The notes beneath the pieces are model-generated. The model saw only the letters and a program-made list of their open reading frames with translations. It was not told the origin of the DNA and searched no databases. Of a stretch of 64,000 nt of DNA, positions 20,843-31,982 are shown piece after piece (positions within the stretch are counted from its first letter, which is position 1; each line of letters starts with the position of its first letter). The DNA lies in assembly GCA_963809485.1 (NCBI GenBank), contig CAWEJX010000020.1:512001-576000 (forward strand), given 5' to 3'. Origin of the DNA: an uncultured Acidobacteriota bacterium (lineage in GTDB: Bacteria > Acidobacteriota > UBA6911). The position numbers and the translations under genes are program-made.

Positions 20843-21140
20843 GCTGCGAATTAGGGGGGTAAACAACTGAGCCGGATTCTTTTCGTTGGTACCGTGCGCA
20901 TCCGGAGTACCAGGCGACCCTTTCAATTTCTAACCTGCACCCAAATCCTACAACGGGCGCTAGCCGGTTGAAAAAGGGAATGTGTGCAAATTCCTCGTAT
21001 TTTCCTTCCAAACCTGCATTAAAATGTCTTTGAGAGTCGAGGAGAATTCCTGAAAGTTTACATAAGTGGCTCTTATCGGAATCCCGGCAATAGCGGGGAA
21101 TTCATGGATGGAGAGGCATCTCTGGAAAAGGGCTCTTATT

Positions 21141-21584
21141 CTACCTATCGGCCCGCGGTGGCGGAGATGAAATGCGAAGTGGTTGCGCTGGATCATAATG
21201 GAAGATTTTCGTTTCAGTTGCCGGAATTGGCCGTGACTTGAGCGCCGCTATGCGCTTCTGAACTTCGTCTGAAGTCACAGGGGGCTCTGCATTAGGCATC
21301 TGCATCTTGGCTGAGCCATTATTCGGGTTGTTCTTGGCTTTCCGCTGAGCACCCTCGATCCTGGTTCGGCCAGCCTTCTTGGCTGGAACCGTCCAGCGCT
21401 GAACGAAGTCGTGAATCGTGCTTATGGATGCGTGGATTTGGAACGTATCCAGGACCCGGGCAATTTCCCGATATGTGCGGCGCCGACGCTGCAGTTCCTT
21501 AATCAAAGCACCGTAAGGCTCGAGGCGGGAACGAGACCGCTTTTCGGGCAGATTGTCGAGAATACGGTCAAAGTTTGAATCCAT
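21141..21584 (-). CDS. Small HTH-like protein of the mobilisation region
   Basis: RSRLEPY...RRRTYREIARVL...ASISTIHDFV. Confidence 0.65.
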   Translation of the reverse strand: MDSNFDRILDNLPEKRSRSRLEPYGALIKELQRRRRTYREIARVLDTFQIHASISTIHDFVQRWTVPAKKAGRTRIEGAQRKAKNNPNNGSAKMQMPNAEPPVTSDEVQKRIAALKSRPIPATETKIFHYDPAQPLRISSPPPRADR

Positions 21585-21622
21585 CGGGCTGGCCTGAGGC
21601 TAGAAATAACGGCGGAGTAATG

Positions 21623-21684
21623 CCGAACAACATCCGAACACAAGGCCGAACGGGAACCGAACACCTCCCGAACAACAACCGAAC
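21623..21684. repeat. Six helically phased CCGAAC hexamers
   Basis: Starts at 21623, 21634, 21646, 21657, 21668, 21679. Confidence 0.9.
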
Positions 21685-21741
21685 AAAGCTGAGCGATTGC
21701 CGTGTTTTAAAATCCTGAGGCAAAGCCTTAGGGATGGTGTC

Positions 21742-22071
21742 TTACTGATGATGACGTTCTGGATGTTGCCTACGAGCATGTGCTAATCCACTTTCTTCAC
21801 TGAAATCGAGGCTATCTGCAAACCAACGGAAGAACTGAACCGATCTGCCCTGCCAGGCTCCTGAAGCCGGCTCAACCTCGAGCAGACAAGTCTTCGAGGA
21901 GTTTATGAGACGGCTCCCAGTTACTACCACGTCATGCGTGCTGAACGCGAGCCGGATTTCCTCATTGCCGCCTTCCGCAAACAGAAACTGGCTCCATGGC
22001 AGCACAAATGTCCGCTTCAGGAGAACTACTTCGAGATTAGAGCTTGAGATCTCACTCGATTCCCCAGTCAT
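21742..22071 (-). pseudogene. Small hypothetical gene downstream of the relaxase, probably frameshifted
   Basis: FVLPWSQFLFAEG...LAFSTHDVVVTG followed by an implausible C-terminus. Confidence 0.45.
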
Positions 22072-23850
22072 GGCTATTCCCCACAATAGGTTGGTGTGGT
22101 GACTCTCTTGTCAACGTAAGCGGTTTTGCCAGCTGTGATATGAATTGGGCAGCCCGGCGAGCAAGGTTGCGAGCCAAGGCAAGGCCGCGGTCTACTCCCT
22201 GGTGAAGTCCGGGACGACTCTTTCGCTCCAGTTCCGATGCAGATTGCCGGGCATTCGATAATCCAACCGATTCCCGAAGTAGTTCTTTGTCGCTCGTGAT
22301 TATCTGCAGGCTTTCTCTTCCGCGGGAGGCAGCCACATAAAACAGCTCCTTGCGCATCCCGTCTCCGGAAATGATCACCTCATCCACAGACTTTCCCTGG
22401 CTGCGATGCGCCGTCACGGCGTATCCATGGGTGAGCTGCCTGAAACCATACGGGAGAACCCGGCCATCCGTTAAAGTTATCTGTCTCTTGTGGTCCACAT
22501 CGCCGACGCTTACGATTTCCCCGTTGGTTCAGCGGAATTTCTTGCCGCGTCTGTTGGCAGTAATCAAGAGCCTGTCGCCGCGTGCTATCTCAAAGCTCCG
22601 CCTTTTGCATACGTCAAAGCTCCTTGCATCTTCGGGAGTGATTGACTTTAGTCCACCGTTGGGAAGGCGGGCCATAATTCGATTGCCGTCTATCCGAATC
22701 ACCTCAAGCGCGTTATCTTTCGCAATTCCCTTAACCGCCTGATGAAATACAAGTACCTGCCCCGGCCGGTAATTCCGTAGGTCGCTTTTCTGCGCCGTGG
22801 TCCAGTTAAGCGTTTCATCCCGTCCGATCTCTATGCTGTTCCCAATCTGTCCCCGCAGTTTCCGGTTAGTTCGGATCCTTTCCGTAACCCTGTCTATCTC
22901 TTCGTGGGTGGGGCAAACTACCAGGACATTTCTTTCCTTAGCCTCTGCCTCGGCAAATGCCCGGGCTAAGGCTTCGGATCGATCCAGCCACGGTACTTCC
23001 CGTACGGCTCCCATGGCATCCAGCTTTTCAAATCCATTGGCTGGGTCTCGTCGCAATTCCTTTATCGCTTCGCGGCACTCCCTAGCGGTTTGGCGCTGGA
23101 CATGGACCAACTCAACGCTCTTCAGGCGGGACTCCTTTTCCAGAATTCGTAAAGCATCGCAGGCTTCGACACTCTGGATCTGTCTTGTGTCGCCGCTGAA
23201 GACAATTCGGGCTGAATGCTTCTCCATGAGATCCAGCAGATCGCGCATCTGCCGGCCGGAAACCATGCCGGCCTCATCCACAATCAGTACCTTGCCTCTC
23301 ATTGCGGCCTGGCGGCTCAGATCCTGCAGGAGTCGCTCAATCGTGGCTGCGTCCATGAACCCAACCTTCCGCAGTTCCTCCACGGCGCTCATGGTCGGCG
23401 CTATGGCCAGGACCTCATGGCCTGTTTCCAGCAGCGCCCTCCGTAGCTCCCGGAGCGTTGCCGTTTTGCCGGTTCCGGCAGCTCCTCGGATATTCACGGT
23501 TCGGTCACGGGAACTGAGAACAAACCGAATAACTTCGTTTTGCTCCGGGTTGAGCCTGCCCGATGGGATATAGCGGTTTGTTTTATCCAGGCGTTCACAA
23601 TCCCCTACTTCGCGGTTTACACAGGCAATCATCTCCTTTTCTCTCCGCAGGCTGGCTGTGGTGGCAGTCTCGCCACCATTCCGCAGAACCAACTCGAGTG
23701 CTTCCTGAACCGCAAGCTGGTTCTTCACTTGCTGATGATCTACCTGTCCCCGGTCATGCCGGAGAGCTTCGGCCAGGATTTCATAATCTTTGGCGACCGA
23801 TACGCGCTCAAACACATGGTCCTTGACATGTTCCAGGGATGCCGCGCCGG
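22052..23850 (-). pseudogene. TrwC/MobF relaxase-helicase remnant (helicase part only)
   Basis: HVFERVSV, GAAGTGKT, VDEAGM, GDTRQ, HGYAVTAHRSQGKSVD, FYVAASRGR; in-frame TGA at 22529-22531; HUH relaxase domain absent. Confidence 0.85.
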
Positions 23851-23879
23851 AATTCAGGACGAGGGAAAGGGGGGGGAAG

Positions 23880-24089
23880 ATGAGCGAATCAATTGAATAC
23901 AAGTGCAACGCCTGCGGCCTGGTCTTTGAGACGGATATCCGCGCATCCGATGTGAAGTTTTGTTTGTTGTGCGGCTATAAAAATCCGCAACCGATCTGTG
24001 CGCATTGCGGCTCGGGTCTTGCCGGAGCCTCTGCCGAGGAAATGGCGCGGGAGCTTAGGGAAGCCTTCAGACTGCCACCAGGCAAGTAA
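23880..24089 (+). CDS. Small zinc-ribbon protein (3 CxxC)
   Basis: CNAC, CLLC, CAHC; purine-rich RBS. Confidence 0.55.
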   Translation: MSESIEYKCNACGLVFETDIRASDVKFCLLCGYKNPQPICAHCGSGLAGASAEEMARELREAFRLPPGK

Positions 24090-24609
24090 CGGGCTTCCTA
24101 TGCCAAACTATGGCTTGGGCATGATCGGGGCCGCACAAGGCGCCATAACGGAAACGGGCCATATCAGGTAAGGGCCAAGCCTAGATCGTGCCTCCTGGGG
24201 CCGCACAGACGAAATTATTCAGAACCAGGCCGATTAGGTTCCCGAAATCCCGCCTGAAACCTTCCAGGCTGTCCTGGAGAAAGTTATTACAATAGTTATA
24301 GGAAATGAGTTCCGAACAGGTCTATCCGATCCTCTCCCGCTTCCAGGACCCTGTGTTGTAGCCATCCGTTTCGCTTCAGGAAAGGATACTGCTCGGCTAG
24401 CGCGACGTGGCGTTCGATCCGCTGTTACTCTCTCGGAAATACGCCAGTCGCTTCGGCTATATCCCGTTTTGAACCTGATTTCTTTGGTCGACCCCCACCT
24501 CTTCATCCACGTTTAGAGTTGTGTGGCGAATCGTTTTGCGGCGGGGCACATCACTATTATTATGGAATCGGTTTAAACTGCGATAGATCGGTTTTGCGAA
24601 AAAGGAAAA

Positions 24610-24629
24610 GGCCGCCCCGATGAGCGGCC
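24610..24629 (-). terminator. Intrinsic terminator of the PEP-CTERM gene
   Basis: GGCCGC...GCGGCC stem followed by a T-rich tract on the minus strand. Confidence 0.6.
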
Positions 24630-24665
24630 CTTGTCTGATTTCCTAAAAATCCTACGGAGAAAAAC

Positions 24666-25418
24666 TTACTTTTTCCTGCGCCGCACTGCCAATCCCAATG
24701 CTCCAAGGCCAGTGCCTAAAAGGAGTATGGATGCAGGTTCTGGGATGGGAACGAACTGGTCAGCGGTGAGATTAAAATTATCAAAAGCCGCAAAGACTGT
24801 CGTGTCATTTGTCTCGTTGTATATACCAAGCCCTAAAGTTTTAATCGGATCCGCACTCCCATTAGCTTGTCGTATCAATTGCCAGTCAGTATCTAAAGGT
24901 TCCCAATAGTAGGCAGACATTAAAGTGCCCATACGAGTAAATCGCAATAATCCTTCCATATCGGTGGTCGGGGCGCCATATTCATCGTCTATGCCGGCAA
25001 CGTATATATCACCCCCGTCAAGCGATCGACCCACGAAATAAGGATCATCCAGCAGTAGTCCATTACTCAAAAGAATGGCAATAGTAGGCTCATCTCCTGG
25101 ACCGACCAAAGGACTCAGCAGTTCATAATCGACCTGTATATCGAAGTCTCCGTAAATGGTGCCAAGAAGAGATATGCCAGCAAGAGCAATGGCGGAATTG
25201 GGTGCTGAAGGGTAAGGATCAATCGTGGCCTTTGCTTCAAGCCGTCCATTTATCTCTGAAACTGAAATAGAAACACCAGGGCCACCGCTGCCTATATTGA
25301 AAGGTACCCATAGCGAGGAATTCAGCGAATTGTCATTGAAGTTATCTCCTATCGTGTCAGCAAATACTAATCCTGGCACAATTAAGATAAAAAGGCTTAT
25401 AAATAACAATTTTTCCAT
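24666..25418 (-). CDS. PEP-CTERM exosortase-target protein
   Basis: Signal peptide and C-terminal PIPEPASILLLGTGLGALGLAVRRRKK. Confidence 0.92.
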   Translation of the reverse strand: MEKLLFISLFILIVPGLVFADTIGDNFNDNSLNSSLWVPFNIGSGGPGVSISVSEINGRLEAKATIDPYPSAPNSAIALAGISLLGTIYGDFDIQVDYELLSPLVGPGDEPTIAILLSNGLLLDDPYFVGRSLDGGDIYVAGIDDEYGAPTTDMEGLLRFTRMGTLMSAYYWEPLDTDWQLIRQANGSADPIKTLGLGIYNETNDTTVFAAFDNFNLTADQFVPIPEPASILLLGTGLGALGLAVRRRKK

Positions 25419-25966
25419 ACTAGCCCCCTTTTGCTAGACAACTGTATCCAAACATTAAGCAATTATTTATCCATCAAATTAGCGTCCCAAGGAACATCTC
25501 GGTATGTCTAACAAAAGCAAGGAGTTACTATGAGTAGGGAGAAAAACATGCCCTTGGTAAGATTTATCATGAGTCCCTCAAATTGTAAGGCAATTTTACA
25601 CGAATTTCGGCAATGATAATTTGTGATTCGCTAATTTATGGCAAAACAATGACTTGCGGAATAGTGCATTGGATCTTTGAATTGTAAGGTTTTCCGACGC
25701 TATGCGGCCAAATAGTGAATCAGGACAGGATTTCTGGGGCACAAACCTGTCCTGAGGCTTCCAGAGCAGCAACGGTCCGTGCACTACTATTGTTTCGCCA
25801 GGATCGATTCTATTTCAGGAAATTTGCATCCTGGCCTAATAAACTGCAACTCCGCCCCTTCAAGAGATCGGCGAAAATCCACAGTAGCCGGACGGCCGCC
25901 GTTAACCCAATGTTAACCTTAGCTGTTTTTGGTGATTTATGAATTTCGCTAACTTATTGATTCTGT

Positions 25967-26042
<76 letters not shown>

Positions 26043-26228
26043 ACTCTTTTTATGCAGGAGTGCTGCCCGCAAAATCCACCCGAATCCACCCGCGGCCAGC
26101 ACGACGCCCATGAGGTTAGCACGCCCGCGCCCTATTGTGAAGGCGGTTTTTTGAGACCGTCGGCCCATCCACACCTACAGGCCGGACGGCTCCGGGAAGC
26201 CGTCCTCGCCAATTTCCAATTCCTGCTG

Positions 26229-29200
26229 CTATTTCGTGGGATACGGCGGTGGCGGCGGAATCTGCACCGGCGCGGACTTCAGCTCCTGCAGTATCACCTC
26301 GATCGCCTTGTTCAGCTGCTCGTCGATCCCGGCAAATTCCTTCGCCGGATCATTGTCGACCACGATGTCCGGATCCACGCCGTGCCCTTCCATGATCCAT
26401 TCCTTGCCGGCCATGTCATAGCGCGAAAATTCCGGCCGGTTGAGAAAGCCGCCGTCCACAATCGGAAGCGTCCCGCGAATGCCCACGACTCCGCCCCAGG
26501 AGCGCTTGCCGATCAGCTTCCCCAGCTTGTACTATCTGAAGCGGTACGGGAAAATATCTCCGTCCGAAGCCGAAAACTCATCCAGCAGGCATACCTTCGG
26601 ACCGGCAATCAGATACCTCCGGATCGAAGCTCGGCGCCGTGTTGCGCGCGATGTCGATCATCGCCGCTTCACGCCGCAGCCGCTCAATCATCATCGGCGA
26701 AACATTTCCGCCGCCGTTCCCCCTCACGTCCACAATCACGGCTTCTTTGCGAAGCTGCGGATAAAAATATTTCACAAACTCATTCAGGCCGCTCACTCCC
26801 ATGTCGGGAATATGGATGTAGCCGACCTTCCCCTGCGTGGCCTTGTCCACCTTCTCGAGGTTCCCCTGCACCCAGGCGTAGTAATAGAGCGGCCTCTCAT
26901 CGTCGATCGGCATCACAACCGTTTCGCGGCTGCCCGCCTCCTCCGGCTTCGCAGTTCAGCTTCAGCCGGACCTGCTTGCCCACCGTATTGACCAGCGACT
27001 CGTAGATGTCCTTCATCTGATTCGTGGGCTTGCCGTTCACCGCGAGAATGTAGTCGCCTTCCCTCGCATCCACGCCGATCTCCGTCAGCGGCGACCGGAC
27101 ATCCTTGTCCCAGTTCTGCCCCTTCAGAATCTTCGCAATCCGGAAATATCCCGACGCCGCATCCTTCTCGATCACCGCCCCGAGCAGGCCCGTCTTGATC
27201 CGCTCCTTCTGCGGCAGATCCCCGCCGCCCACATAGGTGTGCCCCGCGCTCAATTCGCCGATCATCTCACCGATGATGTAGGTCAGGTCCGCCCGGTGCC
27301 GGACAAAGGGAAGCAGCGGCTCGTAGTTCTTGCGGACTTTCTCCCAGTCCACTCCGTGCATGTTGGGCGCATAGAAAAAGTCCCGCATCTGCCGCCAGGA
27401 TTCGTTGATAGATCTGCTTCCACTCGGCCGTGCGGTCGAGATTGACTTTCAGATCCGACAGGTTGAGCCGCTCGCTGATATCGAGTCTTGCGCCGGGCAG
27501 ATCGATGATGGCGTAGGAACCGCCCTGGCCGATCAGCATCTTCTTTCCGTCCGCGGACATTTCATAGCCGTCGCACTCCCCCAGCTCGGTTTCCTTCAGC
27601 TTGTCCAGGTCGATACAGCATCAGCTTTGCTCTTTTCGTCCGCCTTTGCGCCGCCTGGTAGTAGAGCTTGTTGCCCACGGAAACCAGATGCTCGTAGGTG
27701 GCCCCGACAACCGGAAATTCCGCGATGCGCGCCTGGATGCCGTCGGCATCCACCTTGACCGTCAACAGGCTTTGCCTGCGCGTTCGCCTTCTTCTCGCGC
27801 CCTCCTCTTTGCAGGCTCTTTGGCCGGTTCCTTTGCCGCGATCCTTGATCTTGACCTCGTCGCTCTTGGGTTCAAAGGGAGATTTGGTTTCCTTGGCCAG
27901 CGTCACCAGATAGATCTTCGCCATGTCCCGGTAGCTGTAGTTGAATTCGGTCTGACCATAGGTGGGATTAAAGGTCCTGATCGGAGATAAAAAAGAGGTA
28001 CTTGCCGTCCGCGCTGAAAGCCGGCTCGCCCGAATCAAACCAGCCGTCGGTTACGGCAAACGTTTCTTTCTTTGCGACGGAATAAAGATAGATCATCTGC
28101 ATCTTTTGCTCTTCCGGCTGGGCATAGGCAATCCACTGGCTGTCCGGAGACCAGTTGAATTCCGTGATTTCCCAGGCCTTCGCCTGGGCTACCTGCGTGA
28201 CCTCGCCGGAATCGACGTCGACAAACTGCAGGCGGAGCTTTCTTGTCCGACCAGAGCAGTTTCCTGCTGTCGGGAGACCAGAGCAGGGGGAATTTGTAGG
28301 TATCGGCGCCCCTCGTCAACTGCTTCGCCGGGCCCGAACCATCCTGCGGAATGATGTAGATTTCATCTTCGCCCGAGGCATCGGAAATATAGGCTATCCA
28401 TTTGCCGTCCGGAGACCATTTGGATGCGCGTTCATGCACGCCGGAAGTAGTTGGTCAGATTGCGGGTGTTCCCGTACTTTGCCGGAACCGTGAAAATCTC
28501 GCCGCGTGCGCCGAAAAGCGCCCGGTTTCCATCCGGAGAAATCTCATAATTGCTGATGAACCTGCTGACGATCCACCCATCCGCCGCGGCCTGTCGCCTG
28601 ATCGTCGGCGATGAAGATCGGCACCTTCTCCGCTTTCTGGCTTTTCAGGTCAAATCGATATATGTAGCCGCCATTCTCAAAAACGATGGCGTCATCTCCC
28701 AGCGACGGGAACTTGATGTCAAAATCCGCAAAGCTGTGAGCTTCTGCGTCTGCTTTCCCGAGGGATCGTAGGAATACAGGTTGAAACGCTTGTTTTCATC
28801 GCGGTCCGATATGAAATAGATTCTGTTCACCGGTCCACATCGGGAATATGTCCTGGGCCGGATTGTTCGTAATGTTGACCGTCTGCCTGGAATCGAAATC
28901 ATAGATCCAGACATCGTCCGCCTGGCCGCCCCGATAGCGCTTCCAGGTCCGGAATTCGCGAAAGACGCGGTTGTAGGCCAGTTTCTTCAGGTCCGGCGAA
29001 TACGAGCAGAATCCGCCGCGCGGCAATGGCAGCTGTTCGGAAAGACCTCCGTCCACGGGGACCAGAAGCAGGTCGCCCTTCCAGTCATTCCACTGGTCTT
29101 TGCGGGACCGGTAGAGAATCTGGTCGTGCCCCTTCCAGCCCATGACGATGTTGTTCGGGCCCATCCGGTCGGAAACATCGTCCCGGTCGAGCGTCGCCGT

Positions 29201-29520
29201 GTAGGTCAGCCGCTTGGGAATGCCTCCTTCGGAGGGCATCAGATAGACCTCGGTGTTGCCGTCATACTGCGCGGTGAAGGCCAGATTGTTTCCCATCGGG
29301 AGAGAACCGGGCAAACATCTCATAACCCGGCATCGTTGGTCAGCTTGCGGGCCGTTCCGCCTTTGGAATCGACCGTGTAAAGGTCGCCGGCATAGCTGAA
29401 CACGATCCGGCTCCCGTGAATTGCCGGAAAGCGCAGAAGGCGAGTCTCTTCCTGCGGGAAAGCCTCAAACGAAACCAAAAGCTGAAGGCCGAGCAGCAGC
29501 GGCAGAAAACGAATTTTCAT
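26229..29520 (-). pseudogene. Tricorn-type S41 protease, multiply frameshifted (possibly sequencing error)
   Basis: Collinear fragments in alternating frames: LLRFPAIHG, WKRYRGG, MRDFFYAPNMHGVDW, GYIHIPDM, DVRGNGGG, EGHGVDPD. Confidence 0.85.
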
Positions 29521-29553
29521 GTTTCCCCTCTCGATATAAATAGTTCCAAACCT

Positions 29554-30753
29554 CTAAGACTCAAGGACTCGAAGCTCTTTCCCGACGGCAATGAATTTTT
29601 CCACGCCAAAATCAAGGTCCTGCTCGGAATGGGTGGCGGAAATCATCACGCGAATACGCGCTTTTCCCATCGGGACCGTGGGGAAGCCGATGGCCATCGC
29701 GAATATGTTCTGCTCGAAAAGCCGGCGGCTGAACTCCTGGGCCGTTTTAGCCTCTCCCAGCATCACCGGCGTAATCGGCGTCTCGCTCTTCCCCGTGTCG
29801 AATCCCGCGTCGCGCATTCTCCCCTTGAAATAGCGCGCATTGCTCCAAAGTTTTTTCACCAGCTCGTCGGAGGACTCCAGCAGATCGACTGCTGCGCTGC
29901 AGGCCGCAACATCAGCCGGCGTGAGCGCGCTGGAAAACAAAAAAGGCCTGCCCTTTTGCCGCAGATGCTCCACGATGACCTTTTTCCCGGCCACGAAGCC
30001 GCCCATTACGCCAAAAGCCTTGGACATCGTTCCGATTTCGACGTCGACGCGGCCGTGCATATGGAAGTGATCCACGGCGCCGCGCCCCCCTTCACCGAGC
30101 ACGCCTTCGCCGTGCGCGTCGTCGACCATAATCATCGCATGATACTTCTCGGCGAGCTCGACCAGAGGCGGTAGAGGCGCGATATCCCCGTCCATCGAGA
30201 AGACGCCGTCGGTGATGATCAGCGCGCGGCGTCCTGTTCGGTCCATGTAGTTTTCCTGAAGCTTCTGTTCCAGCGACGCAGGAATACAGTGCTCGTAGCG
30301 TATGATCGGCGCGCCGGAGAGCCTGCAGCCGTCGATGATCGAGGCGTGATTCAGCTCGTCGGAAAAGATCAGATCCTCTTTACCGACCAGGGCCGGGATG
30401 GCCGCCAGATTGGAATTGAATCCCGACTGGAACGAAATCGCGGCCTCCACATGCTTGAAACGGGCGAGTTTTTCCTCGAGCTCCGTATGAAGGACCATGG
30501 TTCCGGCAATGGAGCGGACCGCCGCGGGGCCTACCCCGAAACGCTCGATGGCGTCCCGGGCCGCCTGCTTCAGTTTGGGATGGTTCGCCAGACCGAGATA
30601 ATTGTTGGAGCATAGATTCAGCACCCGCCTGCCATCCACATGAATCCAGGCGCCCTGGGGAGACTCGATCGTCCGCAGATTGATCAGCAATCCTTCCTTT
30701 TCAAGCCGCGACCTCTCATCCAGAATAAACTGCAGTTTGTCGTCCGTCCCCAT
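29554..30753 (-). CDS. kbl: Glycine C-acetyltransferase / 8-amino-7-oxononanoate synthase family
   Basis: [42 protein letters not shown]. Confidence 0.88.
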   Translation of the reverse strand: MGTDDKLQFILDERSRLEKEGLLINLRTIESPQGAWIHVDGRRVLNLCSNNYLGLANHPKLKQAARDAIERFGVGPAAVRSIAGTMVLHTELEEKLARFKHVEAAISFQSGFNSNLAAIPALVGKEDLIFSDELNHASIIDGCRLSGAPIIRYEHCIPASLEQKLQENYMDRTGRRALIITDGVFSMDGDIAPLPPLVELAEKYHAMIMVDDAHGEGVLGEGGRGAVDHFHMHGRVDVEIGTMSKAFGVMGGFVAGKKVIVEHLRQKGRPFLFSSALTPADVAACSAAVDLLESSDELVKKLWSNARYFKGRMRDAGFDTGKSETPITPVMLGEAKTAQEFSRRLFEQNIFAMAIGFPTVPMGKARIRVMISATHSEQDLDFGVEKFIAVGKELRVLES

Positions 30754-31019
30754 ACACACCTCCATCAACATTAACTGCCGAGAAAATAGTATTTATTCAT
30801 AATTTTTCAGCGTGCGTCAGCGTTAAAATTTATGGACAGGCCCCCGGAATCGGTTTCAAAACGGCTGTCGCGAGATGCTCGCCGGCAGTTTTGAGACAGT
30901 CTCTGGAGAGCTGTACTCACCTGAAGGATAGCAAGGCGTTTTCCCATAAATCCACGGCCAAACTCTGATCTGAAAAGACACGAAGTTTTGACGCACTCCC
31001 GCGAATTGCCCGATTGCCC

Positions 31020-31901
31020 TCACGCAGCGCGTATCTTTGCGCGCATCAGCGGACGCAATCCCCGTGTGCCTGCCAGCAGATCCTTGCGTTCCTCAGCATC
31101 CATAGGCAACAGGCCGTGGGCCAATTCCAGGGCCATCCGGAATAGCCTTTCATCTCCGGGAGGCACGGCCGCCGTTGCTCCTTCCGAAAGGGTGAAACGA
31201 AGGGCCTTGCGCGCAAGTTCTCTGTCCTCTATGGGACGATACCAGCAATTGGGGTATTTCCGCTTTTCCCCTTTGCGCCAGGGCCCATGCGCCATCGCCT
31301 TAATGGCAAGGATCGCAGCCCCCGATTCTTTGGCCCGGGCGACGACCTGAGGCCCGAAATTGCCCCGCGCATAGCAGATGAAATTCACCGGAAACAATAC
31401 GGAATCAAAATGGAAGCGGTCGAACATTGCAAGCGCCGCCTCGACGGAATGGGCGGAGAATCCGACATGTCGGATTTTGCCCTGCTCCTGCGCCTGCAGA
31501 AAAGCCTCCAAAGCTCCGCCCGGAGCAAATATCTCATTCACTTCTTCCAGATCCGAGACCGCGTGAAACTGGTAGAGATCAAAATGATCCGTGCGCAAAT
31601 GTCTGAGCGACTGCTCCAGTTCCTCCCTTGCCCCCTGCGCCGAACGCTCGAGAGTTTTGCACGCAAGAAAAATCCCGTCCCTATGGGAAGCCAGCGCGGG
31701 TCCCATTCTCTGCTCCGCCTGTCCGCTGCCATAAAACGGCGCAACATCAAAATAGTTGATGCCCTCATCGAAGACTTCGGCGACGATCCTGTCGGCCTCG
31801 CGCTGCTCCATCCCCACAAGGAGCATGCCTCCGAAGCCCAGGATCGAGAGATCGGTTCCATCCTTATATTTTCGCCTGGGGATCTGCCTGTTTTTCATCA
31901 C
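31020..31901 (-). CDS. Aldo/keto reductase
   Basis: LGFGG, YFDVAPFYG, TDHFDLYQFH, GKIRHVGFSAH. Confidence 0.92.
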   Translation of the reverse strand: MMKNRQIPRRKYKDGTDLSILGFGGMLLVGMEQREADRIVAEVFDEGINYFDVAPFYGSGQAEQRMGPALASHRDGIFLACKTLERSAQGAREELEQSLRHLRTDHFDLYQFHAVSDLEEVNEIFAPGGALEAFLQAQEQGKIRHVGFSAHSVEAALAMFDRFHFDSVLFPVNFICYARGNFGPQVVARAKESGAAILAIKAMAHGPWRKGEKRKYPNCWYRPIEDRELARKALRFTLSEGATAAVPPGDERLFRMALELAHGLLPMDAEERKDLLAGTRGLRPLMRAKIRAA

Positions 31902-31982
31902 AACTTCCCTGTGAAATCGGAATTAGCATTTTACCGCCAAGACCGGAAGACGCGAAGGGCCTAAAGATGGTAAATATATGGT

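Noticed and set aside
21623-21684. Short repeat arrays (also 41945 and 45075) as CRISPR
   Set aside because: Units are 6-7 bp with no unique 25-45 bp spacers, and no cas genes are present
22529-22531. TGA in the relaxase, and TGAs at 19053 and 19788, as selenocysteine
   Set aside because: No redox motif context and the genes show other signs of decay
26229-29520. Many frameshifts in the tricorn protease as programmed frameshifting
   Set aside because: Indels are numerous and scattered while the encoded motifs remain well conserved; low-coverage consensus error or recent decay is more plausible. Read inspection is needed.
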